Origin: a virus
Taxonomy: Duplodnaviria; Caudoviricetes
DNA: 52,196 bases
Virus record (IMG/VR): IMGVR_UViG_3300047552_000351
Span: 1 to 52,196 of that record
Direction: 5' to 3' (one strand)
Under the pieces are notes generated by a model that made no database searches, had not been told where the DNA came from, and was given only the letters and a program-made list of their open reading frames with translations. This document shows, piece after piece, positions 19,056 to 29,563 of this stretch (position 1 is its first letter; the number at the start of each line of letters is the position of its first letter). The position numbers were made by a program, and so were the translations under genes.

Positions 19056-19751
19056 TCAACTGGAGGCTGCAGCAGCCCTTAGCTGTTCAGCCAGTTGTGG
19101 GTTGTCTTTCATCAAGCGACCCTGCTCCGTCAAATTCAACGAATTTTTCGCAAACGGATTCGCCTGTCTATAAGCATTTGCCCCGCTCGGGTTATACCCG
19201 GAGCCGCCCGCTCCAGTCGATTTAAGAAGTGCTGGTTTTTCCTGCGCAAAGAGTTTCACACCCTCTTCGATTGAAATCGCACCCTTTTCAGTTTCATAGT
19301 AAGGCTCATCGTCAGCCCAACTAATCCGCGATTTAATCGCCATTTCGACGACATCGCGGTCTACCCATTCGTGTGACGACAGCGCTTTAGTAAGTGCCGA
19401 AGTCTGTAAAGAGTCCCTATACTTTTTAGTAATGGTATCTAGCGATGACCCTTTCTCCGCGAGTTCTCTTTCCATTCGTTTGAGTCGCGCTTCGAACGCT
19501 TTCGTCGCTTCCGCCTGTCCTCTGAAGTCTGGGAGGTTTTCGAGTTCTTCTTCCTCGCTAATACCAAGCCTGTCGAATAATTGTTCACGCAGCGCCCTTA
19601 ATCGTTCAACTTCTGACTTAAGACCCTTTCGTCCGTTGATTGACTCGTTCCGAGCGCTATCGCGCTGGCCCACTAAGTCTTTAATGTACTGTTCCAATCC
19701 TTCGAAATCGTCGCCAAGCTTCTCTTTTAGTGCCTCAAGTTCAAAAGCCAT
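19056..19751 (-). CDS. capsid scaffolding protein
   Basis: Charged coiled coil, GAGGSG linker, C-terminal NPF...NLTEQGRL motif. Confidence 0.85.
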   Translation of the reverse strand: MAFELEALKEKLGDDFEGLEQYIKDLVGQRDSARNESINGRKGLKSEVERLRALREQLFDRLGISEEEELENLPDFRGQAEATKAFEARLKRMERELAEKGSSLDTITKKYRDSLQTSALTKALSSHEWVDRDVVEMAIKSRISWADDEPYYETEKGAISIEEGVKLFAQEKPALLKSTGAGGSGYNPSGANAYRQANPFAKNSLNLTEQGRLMKDNPQLAEQLRAAAASS

Positions 19752-19781
19752 ATTAGCCTCACGCTATAGTTAAAAATGAAG

Positions 19782-20156
19782 TTATGCTGAAACCTCAAAT
19801 TTCGCACACATAACCTTGTAATCGTCTAAAACATCTTCATCGAAAATCGTTTCTGTCCACTGCGCTGCGTACTTTGTTGACGTTTCCAGCTTATCTACTA
19901 TCGTTTCTTCCAACGAGCACAAGTCTTCGTATACATCCTCTAATCCGTTATCTGATTCAGCCGCAGCCATTCCGAAAAATACGTATGCCATCAGCTTCTT
20001 TCGCGTCAACGCGGCCGCATGTGTTGCGCTTTGCGGTACTACACGAATCATCGGGTAGTCAGCCGGACTTAAGCCACTTTCAATTCCTATCTTGCATGTC
20101 GTGACGCCTGCAATCGTTGCAAGATCGTCGCGCATGTTGTCCAGTATGCTAAACAA
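19782..20156 (-). CDS. putative tail terminator / neck protein
   Basis: 124 aa, acidic, DYPMIRVVP motif; size and position. Confidence 0.6.
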   Translation of the reverse strand: MFSILDNMRDDLATIAGVTTCKIGIESGLSPADYPMIRVVPQSATHAAALTRKKLMAYVFFGMAAAESDNGLEDVYEDLCSLEETIVDKLETSTKYAAQWTETIFDEDVLDDYKVMCAKFEVSA

Positions 20157-20157
20157 A

Positions 20158-20472
20158 TTAGGCGCGCTCTATCGGTATAGAGAAGATTGGCAACGTCACC
20201 GTAGGATCTGCCAACTGCTGCGCCCTCTTAGCCATTGGCAATGCCTCTTTCCATTCGTCGCGATACTGTTTAAGCTTTGCCGAGAATGTATCATCTGACT
20301 TTCCGCCAAGTTCTAAGCATGCAAGAATGTACGCACGCAATATCTCTAGCTTGTCTGTCCATTCGTCTGGAAACTCGCCATAATCCGCAACATCAGCAGC
20401 CGCGCGCGTTTCTATATCTTCTGTAATGCGCGTCTTTAGATAAGCGTCGTTATACGTGTGCGTTAGTGCCAT
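20158..20472 (-). CDS. putative head-tail adaptor
   Basis: 104 aa, helical, in the neck gene group. Confidence 0.55.
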   Translation of the reverse strand: MALTHTYNDAYLKTRITEDIETRAAADVADYGEFPDEWTDKLEILRAYILACLELGGKSDDTFSAKLKQYRDEWKEALPMAKRAQQLADPTVTLPIFSIPIERA

Positions 20473-20481
20473 ATACTTCCT

Positions 20482-20964
20482 TTATTCTGCTACGCTATTA
20501 TACCATGATTTATTAGCTTGCATTTTGAGTATAATTGATTCGAATAATAGTTTCGCCTTTTGCGCTGATCTGACTAAGTACGGATCGGCTTTAGTACCTG
20601 GATGCTTAACGAACTTCGCGAATATAAACCCAACACCAGACGCCCAACGCAATGAGCGTCTGTTTTTCGGTCTAATCTCGTGCGGTCTTGTCCCGTACAG
20701 CACATACCTCGCATAGTCTGCAATCTTCGGATCGTGCCCAACTTCCCACGAATCATTAGATGCCTTGCGCTTGTATAGCGACTGCCATAACCTTCGAGTC
20801 GGATTAGCACGCCCAGGCTTTGGAACTTCGTGTGGCGCAACGCCTTTTTCTACATCCTCGTACACTGCCTGTGCGAGTTTCGCAAGCGCTACATTTTGTA
20901 GGCGCGGCACCATCGAACGGAACACCGCGCGCACCTCTTCATCGCCTGTGAGTTCAATCCTCAC
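20482..20964 (-). CDS. HK97 gp10-like neck/tail-completion protein
   Basis: YARYVLYGTRPHEIRPK...VKHPGTKADPYL; GTGA overlap start at 20964. Confidence 0.75.
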   Translation of the reverse strand: MRIELTGDEEVRAVFRSMVPRLQNVALAKLAQAVYEDVEKGVAPHEVPKPGRANPTRRLWQSLYKRKASNDSWEVGHDPKIADYARYVLYGTRPHEIRPKNRRSLRWASGVGFIFAKFVKHPGTKADPYLVRSAQKAKLLFESIILKMQANKSWYNSVAE

Positions 20965-23900
20965 ATTCTGCCCCGTTTTCGTTTTCCGGTTGTAACTGAG
21001 AAGTCTACCTGTTTGTCGGCAGATACATTGCCGTACGCATCCTGACAAGCTACCCATCTGTGATAAACGCCACCATCTTTTACAGCGATTGACGTGCTGT
21101 GCGATGTCGATCCGGTAGAACTAAACGCTGATTTAGCGGCAAACGATACGCCAGACTGTGACGCATATTTGCATGTTGATGCCTCATTCGTTGTCGCTGA
21201 AATCGTTGCTGACGTTGTACCGCGAGGAAGCAGAACGTCAGGCTCGGTTATCGTAACCACTGGAGGCGTTATGTCCGCGCTATTTGTAGTTGCTCCAAAA
21301 TAAGACGAATAAGACGAGTTGTTACCTGCTGCGTCATATGCAAGCACACGATAACGGTACGCCGTAGCTGGCGACAATCCAGTATCGCTATATGTAGTTC
21401 CGGCTTGGTTAACAAGCAATGCGAACGATGTACACGATACTCCAGCACACCTATCAACTCGGTATCCTGTCACGCCTACAGCATCAGTTGACGCATTCCA
21501 CGATATGTTAATCTGGGAATCACTAACTGCCGTTGCGGATACGCCAATCGGGATAGTTGGAGGAGTTGAATCTATTCCAACTGTAGTTGCTTCGAATATA
21601 GCAGAATAAGCAGAATTATTGCCTGCTGCATCAGTCGCGCGCACTCTATACCGATAAGTCGTACCAGAGGAAAGACCGGTATTGTTATATGTCGTTCCCG
21701 CCTGCGTAACTAGCGCCGCGAATGACGAGCACGCTGCTCCAGTACAGCGCTCTACGCTATACGTTGAAACGCCAACATTGTCAGTGCTAGCAGTCCAAGA
21801 TAAGTTAATCTGCGACGTGCTTACAGCTGTAGCGGTTGGCGCGGTTGGTGTGCTTGGCGCTGTTCCGTCAAGCGTCGTTACTGTGGATACAGTCGAATAA
21901 GACGATGCGTTCCCGATTGCATCCTTTGCACGAACCGCATAGCGGTATTCTGTAACATCTGACAACCCAGTATTGCTATAAGAGTTAGTTGTCGGAGTTC
22001 CTACAACCGTTGTAGGCGTACACCATGCACCTGTACACCGCGCTACGTCGTAACCAGTGACGCCAACCGTATCACTCGATGCAGTCCACGTTAGATTGGC
22101 CTGAGATCCACCAACAGGCGAACCGGATAGCCCGCTCGGAACGCTTGGCGCGTTGTTGTCTACAGTCACCGATACTGCGCTAGACGTAGTGCTATTGGTT
22201 GCGTTATCTCGCGACGTTGCAGTTAGCGAGTGCGCGCCATCGCTACCAGTCGTCGTGTTCCACGTAACGCTATATGGCGAAGTTGTGTCTTCGCTTCCAA
22301 GGTTTGAGCCGTCAAGTTTGAACTGGACCCCAACAACCCCAACGTTATCAGTAGCGGTAGCAGATACAGCAACGCTTGAACCTTGTACTGACGATCCGTT
22401 GGTTGGTGCTGTAATGGTTGCAGTTGGGGGAGTCGTGTCTGTCGAATCTAGCCCGGTCGGACAGTAATACGATCCGGTTGTTGATCCTGACAGCGTTACA
22501 GCAACGAAGTTGTTAAGCGTGGAAACAGTAGATTGGTCGGATCGGAATGCGTAGTTGCTCGCAACCTGCGTTTCTGCCCCGCCATTGTCTGATATGTATA
22601 CGCTGTAAGTCTTGGCTGCCACGTTGACGACCATTCGTACGTCGTATTGGTGATTAGCGCTGTATGCGTACGTCCCGCTGTATGCTGCGCCGTTGCGAAC
22701 ATCTACAACGCCAGCGGACGAAAAGCGAACAGTGGTTGCGTAGCTCGTATATGCCGACCATGCGCCGTTAGTGTGGCCAAGCGTAAGATCGTGAGTCGTC
22801 GCAACTGGAATAACCGAAAATCGATAGGTAAACGTCCCCGTCTGCGCGGACATAGCAGTCGTCGCGGTACTCGCTGGCTGCAATGCACAAATCGACGCGA
22901 TGTAATCCGCAACAACCGTACAGTTTGCAGTGATTGCATTTGTGGTGTACGTAGTGCCAGATAACGACCCGCCACACGTGCCGCTAGCAAGCGCCGTATA
23001 TCCTCCGCTTGGCGTAATGCTAAACGTCGTCGTATTACCCTCTGTAATGCTTTGTGCGCTGCTTGGGTTTATTACGCCGCCATTATGGTTCAGTCGTTCG
23101 CTTGGAGTTGCTGTGTAAGTTGCTGGGGCGCTTGTCGTTGCTTGGGCAATAGACGAGTAGCTTGACGTATTGCCTACGCCATCCTTTGACCGCACGTCGT
23201 AACGGTAAACCGTGGAAGCAGTTAACCCCGTATTGCTGTATGTCGTGCCTGTTCCTACAGTGCTTGCAATAATCGTGGACGGAGTACAACCTGCACCAGA
23301 ACATCGCCTGATGTCATATCCCGTCACAGCAACGTCATCAGTGGATGCAGTCCACGATAAGTTGACTTGAGTTGCGCCGGTTGCGAGCGCGGTAAGTCCT
23401 GTCGGAGTAGTTGGAGGCGCAGTATCTACTGGAGCCGAAATGCGCGCGCCAACGTCAAGCCCATCGGATGCGGCCGCTTTGCCAGGCGATCCGACCGCTA
23501 GAGCGTAACCGCCGTAAGTGGTCGGGTTAGATCCGCCAACGAAAACAGGAATCCCGTTAAAGTTAGTTCCGGTCGCTCCGCTTCGGAGCATGTTCTTATT
23601 GTTTACGGATGCGGTCGATCCGTTTTCAAAAGAGAGAAATACGGCAATGTTGTCGTAAATCTGAGTTCCGCTACCAGGCGTATCCTTTGTGTCTAAAGTG
23701 ATGCCCCCGCAATTGATGTTATAAAAGCACCCCTCGGCCACGGTATGATAAACAACAGTGTTATGCCTAACAATTGAATTTGTGTCTTTGTATAGCTCGA
23801 TTCCCCATGGGCGGCTAATGACATCGATTACGTTGTCCTCGATAAGGTTCCCACTAGTACCATCGAACGCGCCGATTACCTGCGTTTCGCCTTGTATTGT

Positions 23901-24527
23901 CTGCTTAAAGTAGTTACCTCGAACTACTGCATTTGATCCGCCATAGAACTGAATGTTGTCAGTGTGATTGCCGCTACCATCGTCAATGATGTTTAGAAAC
24001 GTATTGTTTAGTACGTTTGCAACTGCGGTCCCTCCTAGCCGAACGCCATCCGATCCGCACCCTTCCAGTAGCGAGTTTTGTATCGTTCCCGGCCCCTCAA
24101 ACAACACACGCCACGACGATTGATTGCCACAGATATTCTTATGGTTGTTTCCATCAAGCAATATGCCTGCGCCTGTCCCTAAAACCTCCATTGCCCCATT
24201 AAATGTAGAGTTTTTAATTGTAATGTTTGACGCCGTTCCAGTCGTCTGCCCGTTAACGCCAGACATGCCGTCAATTGTGAATCCTGTATCACCGGAACCA
24301 AAATCGACAGCCATATTGCACGTCGCCCCGGAATTACACTGGATCGTAACGGCTTTGTTGGTGCCAGTAAACGTGCCGTAATTGCCTGCCGCTAGACATA
24401 TCGTCTGTCCCGTGGTAGCAGCTGCGAGTTCGGTAGAAAACGTCGATGTCGTCGCATTACGGTCGCAAGCTGCGTTTGCTTGCGCAGCAATCAATAACAT
24501 GATAAGACCAAATAGTAAATGCATCAC
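20961..24527 (-). CDS. signal-peptide protein: parallel beta-helix, four FN3 repeats and Ig-like domains
   Basis: N-terminus MMHLLFGLIMLLIAAQANA; Asn-rich beta-helix; repeated NLSWTASTD..VTGY..RC.GA.C..YRYRVRA.DAAGN. Confidence 0.85.
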   Translation of the reverse strand: MMHLLFGLIMLLIAAQANAACDRNATTSTFSTELAAATTGQTICLAAGNYGTFTGTNKAVTIQCNSGATCNMAVDFGSGDTGFTIDGMSGVNGQTTGTASNITIKNSTFNGAMEVLGTGAGILLDGNNHKNICGNQSSWRVLFEGPGTIQNSLLEGCGSDGVRLGGTAVANVLNNTFLNIIDDGSGNHTDNIQFYGGSNAVVRGNYFKQTIQGETQVIGAFDGTSGNLIEDNVIDVISRPWGIELYKDTNSIVRHNTVVYHTVAEGCFYNINCGGITLDTKDTPGSGTQIYDNIAVFLSFENGSTASVNNKNMLRSGATGTNFNGIPVFVGGSNPTTYGGYALAVGSPGKAAASDGLDVGARISAPVDTAPPTTPTGLTALATGATQVNLSWTASTDDVAVTGYDIRRCSGAGCTPSTIIASTVGTGTTYSNTGLTASTVYRYDVRSKDGVGNTSSYSSIAQATTSAPATYTATPSERLNHNGGVINPSSAQSITEGNTTTFSITPSGGYTALASGTCGGSLSGTTYTTNAITANCTVVADYIASICALQPASTATTAMSAQTGTFTYRFSVIPVATTHDLTLGHTNGAWSAYTSYATTVRFSSAGVVDVRNGAAYSGTYAYSANHQYDVRMVVNVAAKTYSVYISDNGGAETQVASNYAFRSDQSTVSTLNNFVAVTLSGSTTGSYYCPTGLDSTDTTPPTATITAPTNGSSVQGSSVAVSATATDNVGVVGVQFKLDGSNLGSEDTTSPYSVTWNTTTGSDGAHSLTATSRDNATNSTTSSAVSVTVDNNAPSVPSGLSGSPVGGSQANLTWTASSDTVGVTGYDVARCTGAWCTPTTVVGTPTTNSYSNTGLSDVTEYRYAVRAKDAIGNASSYSTVSTVTTLDGTAPSTPTAPTATAVSTSQINLSWTASTDNVGVSTYSVERCTGAACSSFAALVTQAGTTYNNTGLSSGTTYRYRVRATDAAGNNSAYSAIFEATTVGIDSTPPTIPIGVSATAVSDSQINISWNASTDAVGVTGYRVDRCAGVSCTSFALLVNQAGTTYSDTGLSPATAYRYRVLAYDAAGNNSSYSSYFGATTNSADITPPVVTITEPDVLLPRGTTSATISATTNEASTCKYASQSGVSFAAKSAFSSTGSTSHSTSIAVKDGGVYHRWVACQDAYGNVSADKQVDFSVTTGKRKRGRM

Positions 24528-25240
24528 GCCCCCTTGAATGCTGCCGTTATGGCTAGGTATTGATCTGCCGTGTTAGTCGTTGAGAAGTTTCCGCCAGGGT
24601 ATGAGCCGGTAGAAGAAACTATCTTGTCAAACATGAATGGCGTTGTCCCATTAAGCCGCTTGTTAAAGCTATTGGCCGCTGTATGCGTCTTGTTCCCGTC
24701 CCAATCAATACCAGCGCAAACGATTAGTGAGTTTGCGTTTGCGGTTGTGATATTCTGAGTTGTTCGGCTAGTTGACGATGTCGCAAGCGCCGTACACGTC
24801 GCGTCATTACATGCCGCAGTGTCGAATGCGCTAGACGCTGCAATACCGCTATAGCATGCCGCTGCTACGCCAACGAAGTTAATGGCATTATTTGCTGTTG
24901 ACGTATCTATAACAAACGTTGCAGCCGAATTAGCTGAACAGTTTGATTTATACAACAACCTGATTCTGTACTTTTCGCCTGCAACATAACTAGAATGTGC
25001 TAGCGTTAATGCCTGGCCCCCGATTGACTCAGCATCCGGCAACGTCTCATCGAACGAGTAATAAGCGACAAGCACAACAACGAAATCACCCGACGCAATA
25101 TTGAGCGTTCCGGTTGTTGTAAACGTTGTTGCAGACGCGTCTGGGAAGTTTTCTACAAACGAGTTTTTGTATGTAATTGCTCCACCGCCACCGCCGCCAG
25201 ACTCCTTTTTAAGGTTGAACCCAAACGGTTGTACTATCAT
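24524..25240 (-). CDS. putative fibre-tip/adhesin protein
   Basis: Short N-terminal anchor, poly-Gly linker, Ser/Thr-rich beta domain. Confidence 0.6.
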   Translation of the reverse strand: MIVQPFGFNLKKESGGGGGGAITYKNSFVENFPDASATTFTTTGTLNIASGDFVVVLVAYYSFDETLPDAESIGGQALTLAHSSYVAGEKYRIRLLYKSNCSANSAATFVIDTSTANNAINFVGVAAACYSGIAASSAFDTAACNDATCTALATSSTSRTTQNITTANANSLIVCAGIDWDGNKTHTAANSFNKRLNGTTPFMFDKIVSSTGSYPGGNFSTTNTADQYLAITAAFKGA

Positions 25241-26151
25241 GCAAACGTCACCTTATCAGCTGCTGCAGTTTTGACGGCATGGATAACGGTTGCAGACTCT
25301 ACAAATACCGTCATCACATCCCCTGTTGCCATTGCGGCAGAAACGGTGCCATTAAAAGTCACGGTATGCGCGCCGCCTGCGATAATTACGCAGTTAAATC
25401 CAGCAGTCGTAGGTACGGTCACGTTTCCGCTCGTTTTTATGATGCACCCGCTATGCGATGTCGTCGTAAGAGTCCCGGTAACGCTGGTCACAACACGGTT
25501 AAGGCATCGCCCGATTTCCTGGCCTCCCCCGTCAATAGTTCCGCTTAAATACGTTGCTGCCAGGGTTTTGTTAGAAAGAGTTTGCGTTCCGCTTACTGTT
25601 GCTACAGTAACGCCCTCGACTGCAATAACACCAGCACCAACGCGTGAAATAGTTGTATCAGACGCATGTCCTAGTTCGATAGTGCCAGTACTAAATGCTG
25701 CAGACGTAGAAGCCGCTATTCCGGAAATCGGGAGATTAGTACAGTTCGTCAAAGTGCCTGACGAAGGAGTTCCTAAAGCCCCGCCAGATACAACTGCGGT
25801 TCCTGCCGGAAGGGTTGCGTCGCCGGAAAGTGTTAGCGTGCGGCTTGCATCGCCGGTTGTGATCGTCAAAGTGCGAGCTGCAGTCAGGTCGCTACCTGCC
25901 GCTATCGTCAACGGATGGGTTGCGTTCGTGTCCGCGATCTTAAGCCCCGTATTCGGGAACGTAAGCCCCGTTGACAGCGTGCTGCCGTCCGCTACTCCTG
26001 CTCCTGTTGCAGAAATAGCAATACCGCCTGCCGTTGACCCATCGCCGCGATAAAATTTCTTTGTGTCCGTAGTCCAGACAAATTCTCCGTCTGCTGGAGT
26101 ACCTGCCGCTCGCGTTGCGTCTGTAACTGCTGAAAACTTGATATTAGCCAA
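25237..26151 (-). CDS. fibre protein with an Mtd_N/hyaluronidase-like N-terminal domain
   Basis: [25 protein letters not shown]; GGAGG RBS 9 nt before TTG at 26151. Confidence 0.7.
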   Translation of the reverse strand: MANIKFSAVTDATRAAGTPADGEFVWTTDTKKFYRGDGSTAGGIAISATGAGVADGSTLSTGLTFPNTGLKIADTNATHPLTIAAGSDLTAARTLTITTGDASRTLTLSGDATLPAGTAVVSGGALGTPSSGTLTNCTNLPISGIAASTSAAFSTGTIELGHASDTTISRVGAGVIAVEGVTVATVSGTQTLSNKTLAATYLSGTIDGGGQEIGRCLNRVVTSVTGTLTTTSHSGCIIKTSGNVTVPTTAGFNCVIIAGGAHTVTFNGTVSAAMATGDVMTVFVESATVIHAVKTAAADKVTFA

Positions 26152-28921
26152 CGGTAGTACCCTCCACAAAATAGCAACCCATAGTACCGCCTATTGTAGT
26201 CGCCTCGGTTATAACTAAGCCTGCTGCAACGCCAGATGATCCGGTTGCGTTAATCGTCGTGCCGCTGATCGAAAGGTTAGTTCCTAACGACAGCCATGCC
26301 CATGCGTTTGCGCTATCATCCCAAAACGCTATTCTGTCAGCGTTCGGATCTGTAAGTGATGCAATCGATGCTAGATTACTATTATATGCCTGCACATCTG
26401 ATCCAATCGCGACGCCCAAAGTCGTGCGCATTGCAGACGTTGACGCGTCGTCAAGAACAGTAGCCGCAGCAGTGCTTATGCTTACATCGCCTCCGCTTAA
26501 ATCTAGAGTTCTATCGGCGTCGCCTGTACGTATCGTCAGGATACGGTTAGCAGTGATGTTGCTACCTGGCTTAATCGCCAAAACATGCGACCCGTCAGTA
26601 TCCTTAACCTGCAATCCAGCGTTAGGAAAAGTCAGGCCGCTTGCAAGCGTCGAGCCGTCAGCTATTCCTCCGCTTCCGCCATCAGACGATATTGTTGTGC
26701 CGCTTATAGTGATCCCTGTCCCTGGAGTTAGCCATGTAACAGAACCCGCAGAATCGTCCCAAAACATAATTGCATCCGTATTCGGGTCTGCGAGACTTGC
26801 CCCAGTTCCTCCGTCAGTTAGTGCTAGGTCCTGCCCACTCCAGTTCGCACCGTTCACAGTTGATGCGGTTGCTAAACTCCCAAGACCAATGGCGGTACGA
26901 ATTGCCGTATTATCTGCAGCTCCAATAACCGCACGCCCTGCTGAAGTGCATGGTATTTCCTCGACAACACCAGCTCCAGCAGTAGATCTGCCCAGAACGC
27001 GGTTAGTTGCGGATACATCCTGTATCTTTGCATAGGTTACTGCCTTATCATTAAGCTTTGCAGTCGTTGCTGCATTATCATTAAGCGTCCAAACAGTGCC
27101 AGTGCCAGAAACGGTAACGCTTCCCTTATCTCCGTCAGATATAGCCTGCGTTTCCAATGGAGCATTATTGCTTACATACCAGTTAGTGCCTCCATTAGGC
27201 GTATCAAGCCACATTATTGTTGGGGTGCCGTCGGTATATGTATACTGAGGCGAAATAAGCGTTACGCTTGACGGCCAATCGATTGCGTCGATAGTGTGCG
27301 TGCCGTCAGACGTTGCGATGATTGTTGCGCGAACCGCTCCAGATGGAACGTTAGTAAAACTAATTCCGTTCGCTACGATGTCAGCATTAAGAGGCACGAC
27401 AAAGCAAACATCGTTTTTGCTTGCAAAGTCGAGAGTCAGGGTATTGCTAACAATACTGACATTTGAAGACACTAACGAACCTGCGGCTCCCGCCGCACCC
27501 TGCGGCCCAGTGCTTCCGGTTGCTCCGGTCGCACCAGTATCTCCCTTATCGCCTTTTGCGCCTACAATGCTAACGCCAGATGGCCAAGCTCCTGTAGCCT
27601 TTGGACCGAATATCGTTTTAGACGCAGTATTGATGTAGAAATCGCCGTTGTTTCCAACGCCTGAAGTTGGATCACTAGTACCTGAAAGTAGGGTATTTCC
27701 GTTAGCACCCGCAACACCCTGAACACCCTGTGTTCCTTGCGGACCCGTCGCTCCTACTAGTGACTTAGGAGCCCCCCAATCGCCAGCGGTTTTTGGTCCG
27801 TATAGTTGTGACGTGTCGGTCTTATAGTACAGATCTCCATTAACGCCAGTACCGGTTGACGGAGCTACAGTACCGCTAAGAATCGTGTTTCCGTTAGTCC
27901 CTGCCGGTCCTGTTGCGCCAGTAGCCCCTGTTGCGCCCTGAAGTGATACGCCGGTCGGCCACGATCCTGCTGCCTTTGGGCCGAATATGGTCTTGCTGGA
28001 CGTGTTGTAATAGAAATCACCATTCGCACCAGTACCGCTAGTCGGGTTTACGGTGCCTGAAAGAATGGTATTACCGTTAGATCCTGCTGGTCCTTGTGGG
28101 CCTGTTGGTCCGGTAGCCCCTGCTGGTCCAGTTGCACCCGTAGCGCCTGCCGGACCTTGCAGACCTGTTGCGCCAGTTGCTCCAGTCGATCCGGTCGCAC
28201 CAGTGGGTCCGACCAACGACGTGCCCGACGGCCAAACGCCTGCGGCTTTCGGTCCGAATAGCGTTTTGCTAGTAGTGTTAATGTAAAAGTTTCCATTAAC
28301 ACCTGTTCCGCTGCTTGGATCTGTGGTGCCGTAAAGCACGGTATTGCCTGCCGCACCCGCTGCACCTGCGGCACCCTGCGGGCCTTGCGGGCCTTGCGGT
28401 CCAGTGGCGCCAGTCGGACCCTGTGCGCCGGTACTTCCGGCTGGACCTTGCGGACCCTGCGGACCAGTCGGACCGGCTGGACCCTGCGCGCCCTGGAGTC
28501 CCTGCGGACCTCTAATTGGTCCTGTATTCTGCCATCCTGACCCATTCCATACGTATCCATTGCCGTCTGCAGTGACGACGTACAAATCGCCTACTGTATT
28601 GCCAGACGACGGAAGCGCAACGGCGGTCGCTACACTGCCTTTTAGCGTAATCGACGTCCCTGCTGGTCCTTCTGGACCGGCATCTCCCTGCGGACCTTCT
28701 GGGCCGGTCGGGCCGGTCGGGCCGCGTATAGTACCGATGTCTACCCACGCACTTCCAGTCCACGTATAGCCGTGCCCGTTCGCGTCAACAACATACGTAT
28801 CGCCGGCGGTTAGTCCTGAAGATGGGAGTGACGCATAATCAGCCGCAGTCCCTTTTATTAGGATTGAAGCGGTGCCAGCTTGATCAACTTTCCCGGTAAA
28901 CGGGTTTAGAACGTAACTCAT
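26144..28921 (-). CDS. collagen-like (Gly-X-Y) fibre protein
   Basis: Long GPT/GPQ/GAT triplet runs punctuated by four GNT.LSGT..P....G.NGD.Y modules. Confidence 0.9.
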   Translation of the reverse strand: MSYVLNPFTGKVDQAGTASILIKGTAADYASLPSSGLTAGDTYVVDANGHGYTWTGSAWVDIGTIRGPTGPTGPEGPQGDAGPEGPAGTSITLKGSVATAVALPSSGNTVGDLYVVTADGNGYVWNGSGWQNTGPIRGPQGLQGAQGPAGPTGPQGPQGPAGSTGAQGPTGATGPQGPQGPQGAAGAAGAAGNTVLYGTTDPSSGTGVNGNFYINTTSKTLFGPKAAGVWPSGTSLVGPTGATGSTGATGATGLQGPAGATGATGPAGATGPTGPQGPAGSNGNTILSGTVNPTSGTGANGDFYYNTSSKTIFGPKAAGSWPTGVSLQGATGATGATGPAGTNGNTILSGTVAPSTGTGVNGDLYYKTDTSQLYGPKTAGDWGAPKSLVGATGPQGTQGVQGVAGANGNTLLSGTSDPTSGVGNNGDFYINTASKTIFGPKATGAWPSGVSIVGAKGDKGDTGATGATGSTGPQGAAGAAGSLVSSNVSIVSNTLTLDFASKNDVCFVVPLNADIVANGISFTNVPSGAVRATIIATSDGTHTIDAIDWPSSVTLISPQYTYTDGTPTIMWLDTPNGGTNWYVSNNAPLETQAISDGDKGSVTVSGTGTVWTLNDNAATTAKLNDKAVTYAKIQDVSATNRVLGRSTAGAGVVEEIPCTSAGRAVIGAADNTAIRTAIGLGSLATASTVNGANWSGQDLALTDGGTGASLADPNTDAIMFWDDSAGSVTWLTPGTGITISGTTISSDGGSGGIADGSTLASGLTFPNAGLQVKDTDGSHVLAIKPGSNITANRILTIRTGDADRTLDLSGGDVSISTAAATVLDDASTSAMRTTLGVAIGSDVQAYNSNLASIASLTDPNADRIAFWDDSANAWAWLSLGTNLSISGTTINATGSSGVAAGLVITEATTIGGTMGCYFVEGTTVG

Positions 28922-29181
28922 AGCACCGTCACCGCTCGGCTAGTCGGTCGGCCCTCTTCGTCGTATGCGATGGTCATGGTGGCAACCGTATCGCCAGACG
29001 ATCCGCCTTGCTTATAGGTAATCGTCGTCAGATTTGATCCTGTGTATCCATACGACTCGTAGTCGTGGTGAGGGATGCTTAGGTCTGCCGACGTTTCTAC
29101 TCGTAGGCAACCCAACTCGGTAAGCTGTAATGGTTTAGTCGATGCGTTGCTATCGAGTACAAACGTTCTTGACCTAATCAT
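28918..29181 (-). CDS. hypothetical virion-associated protein
   Basis: GGAG RBS; [18 protein letters not shown] motif; coupled to the collagen gene. Confidence 0.6.
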   Translation of the reverse strand: MIRSRTFVLDSNASTKPLQLTELGCLRVETSADLSIPHHDYESYGYTGSNLTTITYKQGGSSGDTVATMTIAYDEEGRPTSRAVTVL

Positions 29182-29209
29182 TCGTATACTCCAATAATCT
29201 ATTTAGTAA

Positions 29210-29563
29210 TTATAACTTAGTTAATCCGAGTGCGTTTAATACTTCATTTGTATGTTGCTGTGGGTCCGCACCCTCACGACAGCTCACGACCATGCGAGAA
29301 AGGGCCAGCATCGCTTCTTCCATCGTTAGGCCCGCCGCTTCCCAATCACCCTCGGGCGGCTGACCGCTAGACAGCCCATTAACCCATCCATCAAACACTT
29401 CGTTGCACCATGCGTGACAGTACAAGTGCGTGATGTCCGTGCCGTTACTCGATGCTGGAAGCGTGAAGTTGTTAAGCCCGTGACCGATTGCGACGCTCAC
29501 TTTGTCAGCGTTTTCGAGTTGGTCGGCTGGGGTAATCAGAACTGCGGAGTATGTGTAGCTCAT
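29210..29563 (-). CDS. hypothetical protein, probable partner of the 822 aa protein
   Basis: ATGA coupling, GAGG RBS. Confidence 0.65.
   Translation of the reverse strand: MSYTYSAVLITPADQLENADKVSVAIGHGLNNFTLPASSNGTDITHLYCHAWCNEVFDGWVNGLSSGQPPEGDWEAAGLTMEEAMLALSRMVVSCREGADPQQHTNEVLNALGLTKL

Noticed and set aside
26259-28769. Long + strand ORFs opposite the fibre genes (also 2030..2881, 18357..19225, 25229..26053)
   Set aside because: Antisense shadows of genes with biased codons; no RBS or recognisable motifs.
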